A stretch of DNA of 64,000 bases, taken from the NCBI RefSeq assembly GCF_032444005.1, contig NC_091291.1:138012001-138076000 (forward strand), given 5' to 3'. Under the pieces are notes generated by a model. It worked only from the letters and a program-made list of their open reading frames with translations, had not been told where the DNA came from and did not search any database. The position numbers and the translations under genes are program-made. Source of the stretch: Ranitomeya imitator. Its lineage: Eukaryota. Below, one piece after another: positions 12,601-24,325 of this stretch (the stretch's first letter is position 1; the number at the start of each line of letters is the position of its first letter).

Positions 12601-13807
12601 CCCTACCTATGCAAATATCTATATGGCGGTACTGGAGGATGGGTTCGTGTACCAATCCAACCTCTGGCGCCACGTCAGAGCCTGGTGGCGATACATTAAT
12701 GATATTTTTGTGGTATGGGAGGGTACCTCCGTGGAGTTAGAGGCCTTCCATGTGGCTTTGAACCAAATATACCCTGAACTACAATTCACTCTGACTCATT
12801 CTACGACACAGATACAATTTTTAGACACTCTGGTTTATAGGTGTGGTAATAAATTAGAGACTGACATTTTTATTAAAGAAACGGACAGGAACGGGTTATT
12901 AGCTTTTAATAGCAATCACCCGAGAAGAATGGTTGGTTCCCTTCCGTGGAGTCAGCTCTTGAGAGTGAGGCGTATTGTGTCTGATGAGGAACAAGTGGAT
13001 CTGAGACTTAGCGAGATGTGCAATAAATTCATCTCTAGGGGATATCTGGTAAGGGAGGTAACTAGGTATAAGAACAAGGCTGCTAGTTGCTCCCGTGTGA
13101 GTATCCGGAATAAGACTCGTGTCGAGTCTACAAATGACAGGATTCCTTTTGTATCAACTTACAATTCAGCAAGTAATCGTGTTGGGAATATACTGAGACG
13201 ACACTGGACCCTGCTACAACGTGGTCTTCCTTTAGTTCCTAGTTTTGAGACTTTCCCCATGATGTCATTTAGAAGGGGACGCAACTTTAGAGATAGACTT
13301 GTGAAATCTGATATTGGGACCTCTAAAAGATCTATTCAAAGAACCTTAAGTTCAGTTAAACATGGGAATTTCCCATGTTTAGGCTGTTCTTGCTGTAACA
13401 ACATGCTAAAGGGGGAGTTTTTTCACCACCCGCATACTGGAAAGAAGATTTTTCTTAAGGAGAGATATACTTGTGCTTCAAGTTATGTTGTATACATAAT
13501 TGTGTGCCCTTGTGGACTCACCTATGTTGGTGAAACAACCATGGAGGTAAGGGCACGCATTAACAAACATAAGAGCACAGTGAGAACAGGGCTCACGGAA
13601 TTGCCAGTCCCTAAACATTTTGTCGATAATAGACATTCAGTGAACCAACTTAGGTTTAGGGTGATAGATAGTGTCCCAATACTCAGGAGAGGAGGCAATA
13701 GACTACAAATTCTCAAGACTAAGGAACTTCGATGGATCTACACTTTGGGGTCATTACAACCTAAGGGCCTCAATATTGACTTTAATTTAAATGCTTGTGT
13801 TCGGTAG
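12601..13807 (+). CDS. PLE RT C-terminus plus GIY-YIG endonuclease (5'-truncated, open frame)
   Basis: WRYINDIF, QIQFLD, CLGCSCC zinc-binding linker, YVVYIIVCPCGLTYVGETT (GIY-YIG), RINKHKS, KELRWIYTLGSLQPKGLN. Confidence 0.93.
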
Positions 13808-14771
13808 GATTGTGGGCTTATTATCGTCGGTATCTGTTTTTAATATCTCCGTCGCCTAGTTAGGTCATGTGATGTATTGTGTGTTTCATATTCCCTGATT
13901 TTTTTCTTTTGTTTTTTTGCATTGTTTTTCTTTGTGTGTTTAGGTAGATTCTGCTACAGTCGACGGTCAATAGGATGGGACATTTCGTGTACTTCTATTT
14001 TACCTGTGATGTGAGACCACATTGGGTTCCCTTCCCTGTGCCCCTCGACTGTTGCACATTGGTGACAGTATGCTAGTCGACTGTTTTTCTACATTTGTAT
14101 TAATACTAATAGTAGGTTTGTTGTTAGATTTTGTGATTCTTCTGGTTTGGGTCTCCGGGGGGAAGAAAGTGGGGGTAGCTAATATGGTGATGGGGTTGTG
14201 AGATACGGTGGAATTGATGGTACTCATTTATTATCTATATGTTGTATCTTTCCCCTGCATCTTTATGCCCCCCTTTTTGTATCCATATACAAATAGCTGG
14301 ATTGGTCGCCGAGATTCCCAGATACTTCTGCATGGATCACCTGGTTGGAGGATTCCGGCGCTGTATGCATAATGCCGAGGTTGTGGTTGACCTGGCAACG
14401 CTGCTGTTTATCCTGTGCGCCGCACGAGGTGGGTGCGTCGCGGGCTCTGCTTTTGATTGGTTCCCCGCTCGGTTTCATGTGGGGTTCTGATCTAGGCGGT
14501 GATCCGTGTGCGCTCCCTCGTCGCTGCATCGCCGGGTTTAGCTGGTTGTTGGACGCACGAGTAACATGGTGCTAGCATTGCGGTTGTCCTGGCAACGCTT
14601 CTCGGCCCCGTACTCTTCGTGAGGTGGGCGTGTGACGCTCTCTGCTCTTGATTGGTTCCCGACGTGGTCACGTGTGGGGGGCTGACCTGAGCGGTGATGC
14701 GCCTGCGCTCTCCGATCGTTGTAGTTGGTGGCTAGAGGCGTCTTAGTTATGACAGTTATGATAGTTATGAC

Positions 14772-14888
14772 GGGCAGCACGATGGCTCAGTGGATAGCAC
14801 TGCAGCCTTGCAGCGCTGGGGTCCTGGGTTCGAATCCCACCCAGGACAACATCTGCAAAGAGTTTGTATGTTCTCTCCGTGTTTGCGT

Positions 14889-14919
<31 letters not shown>

Positions 14920-15050
14920 ACATTCCAAAGACATACTGATAGGGATTCTAGATTGTGAGCTCCATTGGGGACAGCGATGATAATGTGTGCAAACTGTAAA
15001 GCGCTGCGGAATATGTTAGCGCTGTATAAAAATAAAGATTATTATTATTA
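14772..15050 (+). mobile_element. tRNA-derived SINE inserted in the PLE plus arm
   Basis: A box TGGCTCAGTGG, B box GGTTCGAATCC, central GGTTTCCTCCGGGCACTCCGGTTTCCTCCC, (ATT)n tail, TSD TTATGAC. Absent from the other two copies of this PLE region. Confidence 0.92.
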
Positions 15051-15489
15051 TTATGACCTAGGGGTGCACTGTTTTTTGTTACAGGTCCTCCAACTGGTTG
15101 CGAAGATACTTCCGGATAAGGGAGTCTTCTGATTGCGTCGGTATGTTCCATGACGCATATGAAAGCCTGGGATTGATTGGCAGCGTGGTGTTTATATTTC
15201 CATGTGGAGGAGAGACGATTGGAGGATATAGCCATGATGACCGCGTCACCTGATCTTGACAGCTGGAGTCTCTACGATTTATGGCGCATTTATATATAAT
15301 AGTGGGGAATATTTACCTTATGTATACATGTTCAATACTAGGGCTGGGAGATTTTTAATAGGTATATGTTTGATGTTTGTTTTAACTTTTGTAAGATGTT
15401 AATTATGTGGTGGTGGGCGGCTTGCTAGTGATTGGTGCCCTGTGTGGCACATATGCTATTTATAGCCGGACCTGTGCACTGCAGGGTAT

Positions 15490-15522
15490 GCTTGATAAAG
15501 ACCCTCAGGGTCGAAACGTTGC
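15490..15522 (+). ncRNA. Minimal hammerhead-ribozyme-like motif (U3-A8 variant) in the PLE pseudo-LTR; also at 7301-7333 and 11588-11620 on the minus strand
   Basis: TTGATAA-A-GACCC TCA GGGTC-GAAA-CGTT with a palindromic stem III. Stem I looks weak. Confidence 0.6.
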
Positions 15523-15684
15523 TGTTTGCTGTTTGCTGGCTTGAATAAATTTGCTTATTTGGATTACACCTGGATGGAGCGCTGTCATTTTCTTACCTTG
15601 AGCCTTCGATGGTCCTAGTGGGTTCCCTGGACCTGGACGGGCGCTCCGGCTTGTGAAGTGCGGTTAACCATCTTGTTTGTTTTG

Positions 15685-18600
15685 CACAGCTGCAGAGCCG
15701 ACACTACATCAGGGTCGGGGTGCAGAGGTAATGACCACAACCGCAGAGCCGACACTGCATCAGGGCCGGGGTGCAGAGGTAATGACCACAACCGCAGAGC
15801 CGGCACTCCATCAGGGCCGGGGTGCAGAGGTAATGACCACAACCGCAGAGCCGGCACTCCATCAGGGCCGGGGTGCAGAGGTAATGACCACAGCCGCAGA
15901 GCCAGCACTACATCAGGGCCGGGGTGCAGAGGTAATGACCACAACCGCAGAGCCGACACTGCATCAGGGCCGGGGTGCAGAGGTAATGACCACAGCCGCA
16001 GAGCCGGCACTACATCAGGGCCGGGGTGCAGAGGTAATGACCACAGCGCAGAGCCGACACTACATCAGGGCCGGGGTGCAGAGGTAATGACCAGAGCCGA
16101 CACTACATCAGGGCCAGGGAGCAGAGGTAATGACCACAGCCGCAGAGTCGGCACTACATCAGGGCCGGGGTGCAGAGGTAATGACCACAACCGCAGAGTC
16201 GGCACTACATCAGGGCCGGGGTGCAGAGGTAATGACCACAGCGCAGAGCCGACACTACATCAGGGTCGGGGTGCAGAGGTAATGACCACAACCGCAGAGC
16301 AGACACTACATCAGGGCCGGGGAGCAGAGGTAATGACCACAACCGCAGAGCAGACACTACATCAGGGCCGGGGTGCAGAGGTAATGACCACAACCGCAGA
16401 GCCGACACTGCATCAGGGCCGGGGTGCAGAGGTAATGACCACAGCCGCAGAGCCGACACTACATCAGGGCCGGGGTGCAGAGGTAATGACCACAGCCGCA
16501 GAGCCGACACTACATCAGGGCCGGGGTGCAGAGGTAATGACCACAACCGCAGAGCCGACACTGCATCAGGGCCGGGGCGCAGAGGTAATGACCACAGCGC
16601 AGAGCCGACACTACATCAGGGCCGGGGTGCAGAGGTAATGACCACAACCGCAGAGCCGGCACTACATCAGGGCCGGGGTGCAGAGGTAATGACCACAGCC
16701 GCAGAGCCGACACTACATCAGGGCCGGGGTGCAGAGGTAATGACCACAACCGCAGAGCCGGCACTACATCAGGGCCGGGGTGCAGAGGTAATGACCACAA
16801 CCGCAGAGCCGGCACTACATCAGGGCCGGGGTGCAGAGGTAATGACCACAGCGCAGAGCCGACACTACATCAGGGTCGGGGTGCAGAGGTAATGACCACA
16901 ACCGCAGAGCAGACACTACATCAGGGCCGGGGTGCAGAGGTAATGACCACAACCGCAGAGCCGACACTGCATCAGGGCCGGGGTGCAGAGGTAATGACCA
17001 CAGCCGCAGAGCCGACACTACATCAGGGCCGGGGTGCAGAGGTAATGACCACAACCGCAGAGCCGGCACTACATCAGGGCCGGGGTGCAGAGGTAATGAC
17101 CACAGCCGCAGAGCCGACACTACATCAGGGCTGGGGTGCAGAGGTAATGACCACAACCGCAGAGCCGACACTACATCAGGGCCGGGGTGCAGAGGTAATG
17201 ACCACAACCGCAGAGCCGGCACTACATCAGGGCCGGGGTGCAGAGGTAATGACCACAGCCGCAGAGCCGACACTACATCAGGGCCGGGGTGCAGAGGTAA
17301 TGACCACAACTGCAGAGCCGGCACTACATCAGGGCCGGGGTGCAGAGGTAATGACCACAACCGCAGAGCCGGCACTACATCAGGGCCGGGGTGCAGAGGT
17401 AATGACCACAGCGCAGAGCCGACACTACATCAGGGTCGGGGTGCAGAGGTAATGACCACAACCGCAGAGCCGGCACTACATCAGGGCCAGGGAGCAGAGG
17501 TAATGACCACAGCCGCAGGGCCGACACTACATCAGGGCCAGGGAGCAGAGGTAATGACCAGAGCCGACACTACATCAGGGCCGGGGAGCAGAGGTAATGA
17601 CCACAGCCGCAGAGCCGACACTACATCAGGGTCGGGGTGCAGAGGTAATGACCACAGCCGCAGAGCCGACACTACATCAGGGTCGGGGTGCAGAGGTAAT
17701 GACCACAGCCGCAGAGCCGACACTACATCAGGGTCGGGGTGCAGAGGTAATGACCACAGCCGCAGAGCCGACACTACATCAGGGCCGGGGTGCAGAGGTA
17801 ATGACCACAACCGCAGAGCCGGCACTACATCAGGGCCGGGGTGCAGAGGTAATGACCACAGCCGCAGAGCCGACACTACATCAGGGCCGGGGTGCAGAGG
17901 TAATGACCACAGCCGCAGAGCCGACACTACATCAGGGCCGGGGTGCAGAGGTAATGACCACAGCCGCAGAGCCGGCACTACATCAGGGCCAGGGAGCAGA
18001 GGTAATGACCACAGCCGCAGAGCCGGCACTACATCAGGGCCGGGGTGCAGAGGTAATGACCACAGCCGCAGAGCCGACACTACATCAGGGCCAGGGAGCA
18101 GAGGTAATGACCAGAGCCGACACTACATCAAGGCCAGGGAGCAGAGGTAATGACCAGAGCAGACACTGCATCAAGGCCAGGGAGCAGAGGTAATGACCAG
18201 AGCCGGCACTACATCAGGGTCGGGGTGCAGAGGTAATGACCACAGCCGCAGAGCCGACACTACATCAGGGCCGGGGTGCAGAGGTAATGACCACAGCCGC
18301 AGAGCCGACACTACATCAGGGCCGGGGTGCAGAGGTAATGACCACAGCCGCAGAGCCGACACTACATCAGGGCCAGGGAGCAGAGGTAATGACCAGAGCC
18401 GACACTACATCAAGGCCAGGGAGCAGAGGTAATGACCAGAGCAGACACTGCATCAAGGCCAGGGAGCAGAGGTAATGACCAGAGCCGGCACTACATCAGG
18501 GTCGGGGTGCAGAGGTAATGACCACAGCCGCAGAGCCGACACTACATCAGGGCCGGGGTGCAGAGGTAATGACCACAGCCGCAGAGCCGACACTACATCA

Positions 18601-19727
18601 GGGCCGGGGTGCAGAGGTAATGACCACAGCCGCAGAGCCGACACTACATCAGGGCCAGGGAGCAGAGGTAATGACCAGAGCCGACACTACATCAGGGCCA
18701 GGGAGCAGAGGTAATGACCAGAGCAGACACTGCATCATTGCCGGGGAGCAGAGGTAATGACCAGAGCCGGCACTACATCAGGGTCGGGGTGCAGAGGTAA
18801 TGACCACAGCCGCAGAGCCGACACTGCATCAGGGTCGGGGTGCAGAGGTAATGACCACAGCCGCAGAGCCGGCACTACATCAGGGCCGGGGTGCAGAGGT
18901 AATGACCACAGCCGCAGAGCCGACACTACATCAGGGCCGGGGTGCAGAGGTAATGACCACAGCCGCAGAGCCGACACTGCATCAGGGTCGGGGTGCAGAG
19001 GTAATGACCACAGCCGCAGGGCCGGCACTACATCAGGGCCGGGGTGCAGAGGTAATGACCACAGCCGCAGAGCCGGCACTACATCAGGGCCGGGGTGCAG
19101 AGGTAATGACCAGAGCCGACACTACATCAGGGCCGGGGTGCAGAGGTAATGACCACAGCCGCAGGGCCGGCACCACATCAGGGCCGGGGTGCAGAGGTAA
19201 TGACCACAACCGCAGAGCCGACACTGCATCAGGGTCAGGGTGCAGAGGTAATGACCACAGCCGCAGAGCCGACACTACATCAGGGCCGGGGTGCAGAGGT
19301 AATGACCACAGCCGCAGAGCAGACACTGCATCATTGCCGGGGTGCAGAGGTAATGACCACAGCCGCAGAGCCGACACTACATCAGGGTCGGGGAGCAGAG
19401 GTAATGACCACAGCCGCAGAGCCGACACTACATCAGGGTCAGGGTGCAGAGGTAATGACCACAGCCGCAGAGCAGACACTACATCAGGGCCGGGGTGCAG
19501 AGGTAATGACCACAGCCGCAGAGCCGACACTACATCAGGGTCAGGGTGCAGAGGTAATGACCACAGCCGCAGAGCAGACACTACATCAGGGCCGGGGAGC
19601 AGAGGTAATGACCACAGCCGCAGAGCCGACACTGCATCAGGGTCGGGGTGCAGAGGTAATGACCAGAGCCGGCACTACATCAGGGTCGGGGTGCAGAGGT
19701 AATGACCACAGCCGCAGAGCCGACACC
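15685..19727. repeat. 51-bp minisatellite, main block (~80 units, with 43-bp variant units)
   Basis: Continuous tandem array; 282-bp higher-order periodicity around 18100-18800. Confidence 0.97.
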
Positions 19728-20635
19728 ATCAAGGTAGTAAAAATGGATCTTTATTCCATAGAAGACAATTACAAGGTGTTTTGGGGTCTGGATTTTAACC
19801 CCCTCGTGACTGAAGCCGCTCAGTGACCACAAGGATAAAAAAAATAAATAGATTTTTTGCACATGATTTACATAATTCGGAGCGTTGTGTTGTGTGAACG
19901 GTGGCGATAATCAGGGATCATCAATTCCCCACATTAAAAAAATCCATGCAAAAGTTTTTTTCCCTTTCTCCGGGTGACAAGTGATATGGCGACTATCACT
20001 GCTCGTGCGGGGGTTGTCACAGCTCGTCAGAGACCCTTGGATGTAAAATCTGCCTTAATTTCTATGTATTGTGGGAAGCCCCCCTCATAAAGCAGCGTGT
20101 AGCAATGTATCCCCCTCGCTGTGTACTCGGCTGCCACTATGGCCACCACCGCGGCTCCTACAGATACAGTCCGCTATTATTATTATTTTACACCCAGAAA
20201 CAGCGCCCCTCTTTGGCTATGGGCTGTTGCGGTATTGCAGCACTTTACACTGAAATACCAGACACAGCCGCCTGTCCAAGGTTAAGCTGTTTCTGAGAAA
20301 ATATAAAGAGCCTTTAAAATGTCAGACTGCCCCTTTAAAACATGTCTGCTTTCTTGCAGATACAGCGCCACACAGGTACACAGGCTTAGTCTGGTATTGC
20401 AGCTCAGATCCATTGTAGAGGATGAGACTGAGCTGCAGTACCACACTCAACCAGTTGACAGAGGTGGCGCTATTTCTGGAAGAAAGCAGTTGCACAGTGT
20501 TTCCCACCACCCCGTCCCCCTGTAAGTCAGGACTCTGGGAAAGCTGGATGACAACCCCTGCAGGCGTCGAGCAGTTTTTCTGCTACCGCTATAAAATAAT
20601 GGGATAGAAGTTGTAACCAAAGCTGACATTTTTCT

Positions 20636-20641
20636 TTTATT
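20636..20641 (-). terminator. Candidate NPPA polyadenylation signal (AATAAA)
   Basis: AATAAA on the minus strand about 75 nt after the exon-3 stop. Confidence 0.6.
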
Positions 20642-20713
20642 TTTGGGGGGGTTGATTGTCCCATTAAGGTGACGGCGCGGCCCCCCGCAGTCGTCCCCGG
20701 TCGTCTCTTAATC

Positions 20714-20746
20714 CTACGCTTGTTGAGCTTCGCTTTCTCTTGAAAA
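20714..20746 (-). CDS. NPPA: Atrial natriuretic peptide precursor, exon 3 (FSRESEAQQA-stop)
   Basis: Strong acceptor CTTCTTCTTTCCACAG, nearly identical to the NPPB exon-3 acceptor. Phase 0, first codon TTT (Phe) completes GCGRRF; AATAAA follows. Confidence 0.75.
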   Translation of the reverse strand, partial: FSRESEAQQA

Positions 20747-21284
20747 CTGTGGAAAGAAGAAGAACAAGAAGGTTTTACTGAATGCACATGAAGCACAATG
20801 GGAGACAGGAAAGCGGGGGCGACGCTGCGCAGACACTGGGGGGGCTTCTCGGAGGGGATTGATTTACCCCTCGCTCATCATTGTGTCTAATAATGAAACA
20901 CATAGAAAAACGCAGAAATAAAGGTCTAATGAAGAACATCGATTATTGTGCGCGGCATCTCCATTGTTGACGCCTCTAACCACAGTCAATATATATAGAT
21001 AAATATATATATATATGTGTGTGTGCAGCGGGGGATGGTAATCGCCTCAGGGAGCTTTCTTTATGTAGTAGTAACTGAAGTATGCCTTAAGCCTTTGATT
21101 TCCCCCTTAAGTGGTCAGAAATCTACAGCTGCGGCCTTCAACTGTCATGGCATGCTAGGGGTTGCAGTTTCACAGTATCTGGAGAGTGATAATTTCTAGA
21201 CTACGGTACTTTATTAACTTCTCTGCTGATTCTTTTCAAATATGTCTGAATCTTGTATTTCTTTTTAACTTGAAAGACGTGAAA

Positions 21285-23215
21285 TTACCCCCTAGTGGTG
21301 GCTGTATAAATCTGTATGTAGTGAGCTCCCTCTAGTGGTGACTGTATAAATCTGTATGTAGTGAGCTCCCTCTAGTGGTGACTGTATAAATCTGTATGTA
21401 GTGAGCTCCCTCTAGTGGTGACTGTATAAATCTGTATGTAGTGAGCGCCCTCTAGTGGTGACTGTATAAATCTGTAAGTAGTGAGCTCCCTCTAGTGGTG
21501 ACTGTATAAATCTGTATATAGTGAGCGCCCTCTAGTGGTGGCTGTATAAATCTGTATGTAGTGAGCTCCCTCTAGTGGTGACTGTATAAATCTGTATGTA
21601 GTGAGCTCCCTCTAGTGGTGACTGTATAAATCTGTATGTAGAGAGCTCCCTCTAGTGGTGACTGTATAAATCTGTATGTAGTGAGCTCCCCCTAGTGGTG
21701 ACTGTATAAATCTGTATGTAGTGAGCTCCCCCTAGTGGTGGCTGTATAAATCTGTATGTAGTGAGCTTCTCCTGGTGGTGGATGTATAAATCTGTATATA
21801 GTGAGCGCCCTCTAGTGGTGGCTGTATAAATCTGTATATAGTGAGCGCCCTCTAGTGGTGGCTGTATAAATCTGTATGTAGTGAGCTCCCTCTAGTGGTG
21901 ACTGTATAAATCTGTATGTAGTGAGCTCCCTCTAGTGGTGACTGTATAAATCTGTATGTAGAGAGCTCCCTCTAGTGGTGACTGTATAAATCTGTATGTA
22001 GTGAGCTCCCCCTAGTGGTGACTGTATAAATCTGTATGTAGTGAGCTCCCCCTAGTGGTGGCTGTATAAATCTGTATGTAGTGAGCTTCTCCTGGTGGTG
22101 GATGTATAAATCTGTATGTAGTGAGCTCCCTCTAGTGGTGGCTATATAAATCTGTATGTAGTGAGCTCCCTCTAGTGGTGGCTGTATACATCTGTATGTA
22201 GTGAGCTCCCTCTAGTGGTGACTGTATAAATCTGTATGTAGTGAGCTCCCTCTAGTGGTGACTGTATAAATCTGTATATAGTGAGCGCCCTCTAGTGGTG
22301 GCTGTATAAATCTGTATGTAGTGAGCTCCTTCTAGTGGTGGCTGTATAAATCTATATGTAGTGAGCTCCCTCTAGTGGTGGCTGTATACATCTGTATGTA
22401 GTGAGCTCCCTCTAGTGGTGGCTGTATAAATCTATATGTAGTGAGCTCTCCCTAGTGGTGACTGTATAAATCTGTATGTAGTGAGCTCCTTCTAGTGGTG
22501 GCTGTATAAATCTGTATGTAGTGAGCTCCCTCTAGTGGTGGCTGTATACATCTGTATGTAGTGAGCTCCCTCTAGTGGTGGCTGTATAAATCTGTATGTA
22601 GTGAGCTCCCTCTAGTGGTGGCTGTATACATCTGTATGTAGTGAGCTCCCTCTAGTGGTGACTGTATAAATCTGTATGTAGTGAGCTCCCTCTAGTGGTG
22701 ACTGTATAAATCTGTATATAGTGAGCGCCCTCTAGTGGTGGCTGTATAAATCTGTATGTAGTGAGCTCCTTCTAGTGGTGGCTGTATAAATCTATATGTA
22801 GTGAGCTCCCTCTAGTGGTGGCTGTATAAATCTATATGTAGTGAGCTCTCCCTAGTGGTGACTGTATAAATCTGTATGTAGTGAGCTCCTTCTAGTGGTG
22901 GCTGTATAAATCTGTATGTAGTGAGCTCCCTCTAGTGGTGGCTGTATACATCTGTATGTAGTGAGCTCCCTCTAGTGGTGGCTGTATAAATCTGTATGTA
23001 GTGAGCTCCCTCTAGTGGTGGCTGTATACATCTGTATGTAGTGAGCTCCCTCTAGTGGTGACTGTATAAATCTGTATGTAGTGAGCTCCTTCTAGTGGTG
23101 GCTGTATAAATCTGTATGTAGTGAGCTCCCTCTAGTGGTGACTGTATAAATCTGTATGTAGTGAGCTCCCCCTAGTGGTGGCTGTATAAGTCTTTATGTA
23201 GTGAGCTCCCCCTAG
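21285..23215. repeat. 40-bp minisatellite in NPPA intron 2 (~48 units; GTGAGCTCCCTCTAGTGGTGACTGTATAAATCTGTATGTA)
   Basis: Tandem array. The minus strand of each unit reads CCACTAGAGGG(A/C)GCT. Confidence 0.97.
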
Positions 23216-23753
23216 TGTTGGTTGCAGATAACTGTTATGGTGTTGTCAAGCAGAGAAAGTAATTTAAAGCACAGTTTACAATCAGTGAATTTTAAAGGAA
23301 CCTGTCACATCCAGAAAAGCTTTTTACTTGAAGGTATCGCATTAATCTGGAGGAAACCTTCACATTCCCCCTCCAGTAATTTTATATCTGCAAGTAAATA
23401 GCGTTTGAGAACCTGAATAGATTGCAACTTGTCAGAGCTGAGGATTTGTTACAAGTGTATCCAGTCTGTGAGACAAAGTGGTATCTCCGTTGTCCAGGTT
23501 GTGACATTGTATCAGTGCAGGCAAATTGTATCACAAATGATTGTGTCAACTGTAGCAAACCCCCAGCTGTGAGAAATATTGGCCACGGATGAGATTACAA
23601 CCCCGGATACAAAGAAGAATTCGTTATAATTGGCTTTGAGTTTTCAGGAAAGTTTCCCAACGATTCTAGATCTCGACTTCCCTCACTTGCTACTGTGTCA
23701 CTGTGGATATTAGGAGGGGGCATTATGGCGTTTAAAGACCCCCTGATCCTTAC

Positions 23754-24077
23754 CCGGCGGCCGCAGCCCATGCCACTCTGAGAGCCAATCCTGTCAATCC
23801 GAGAGCCGAAGCAATCTGAAGACCTCCGCATGCTCCGGGGGGCATTGAGCAGCTCGCGCAGCTTGTTCTTCAGTGGAGAGATCTTCTCAGGCGGAGTCCA
23901 GGACCCTCTGCTGTAGCCCATGTCTGCGGGGGGCCGGGCGGCTTCTCCAGCCCATGATGGAGCTGAATTAGAAGACTGGAGGGGATCGGACGAATCATAG
24001 TTTCCAATAAACAAGTCTTGACCTTGGACTTCTGGTTCTTCTACGGGAAGTTTATCTTCTAAACGTTCTAGGAGACC
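23754..24077 (-). CDS. NPPA: Atrial natriuretic peptide precursor, exon 2
   Basis: TTTCTGTAG|GLLERLEDKLP...RELLNAPRSMRR-SSDCFGSRIDRIGSQSGMGCGRR|GTAAGG. 324 nt, 17-aa disulfide ring, closely resembles frog ANP. Confidence 0.97.
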
Positions 24078-24325
24078 CTACAGAAAAAGAAACGTGTCCA
24101 CGTCACACACCGCTGCCGCCTGATAGAACCGGTGACTTCTATGGTAGCGTCACTTTAAGAGGCAAACACAGGAGCCTCGCTTTGTAGCCATCTTACTGGG
24201 GAATTGCCTTTTCAGCGATTTCCTTATTTATAGCTACTGGCGGAGTTGGAATTTTCCCGCAGCCACCCAGTGGGAATGATCAGAGAGGCTGATACATTGT
24301 GCACCGCTGCAATATCGGGGATCAT

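Larger units (their letters stand above)
7231..15684. mobile_element. Penelope-like element (PLE), composite insertion with two divergent arms
   Basis: 15-bp TSD CACAGCTGCAGAGCC (7216-7230, 15685-15699). Minus arm ~7231-12599, plus arm ~12601-15684. The terminal (pseudo-LTR) region occurs three times, two direct and one inverted. Confidence 0.92.

Noticed and set aside
14772-14850. tRNA gene
   Set aside because: The A and B boxes are followed by a SINE body and tail with a TSD, and there is no full cloverleaf.
480-19727. CRISPR-like appearance of regularly spaced repeats
   Set aside because: There are no unique spacers and no cas genes, and the context is vertebrate.
15615-19862. Many ORFs with MTTAAEPTLHQGRGAEV, GNDHSRRADTTSGPGCR or LRLWSLPLHPGPDVVSA repeats
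   Set aside because: These are different frames of the 51-bp minisatellite.
20284-20300. Alternative NPPA exon-3 acceptor (TTTTCTCAG|AAA)
   Set aside because: It does not supply the conserved terminal Phe and lies downstream of the AATAAA at 20636.
23595-23753. Read-through of ANP exon 2 (RVRIRGSLN...) and of BNP exon 2 (GKRRAMLL..., 33097-33218) as novel tails
   Set aside because: Both run through consensus GTAAG donors that have matching downstream exons, so they are intronic.
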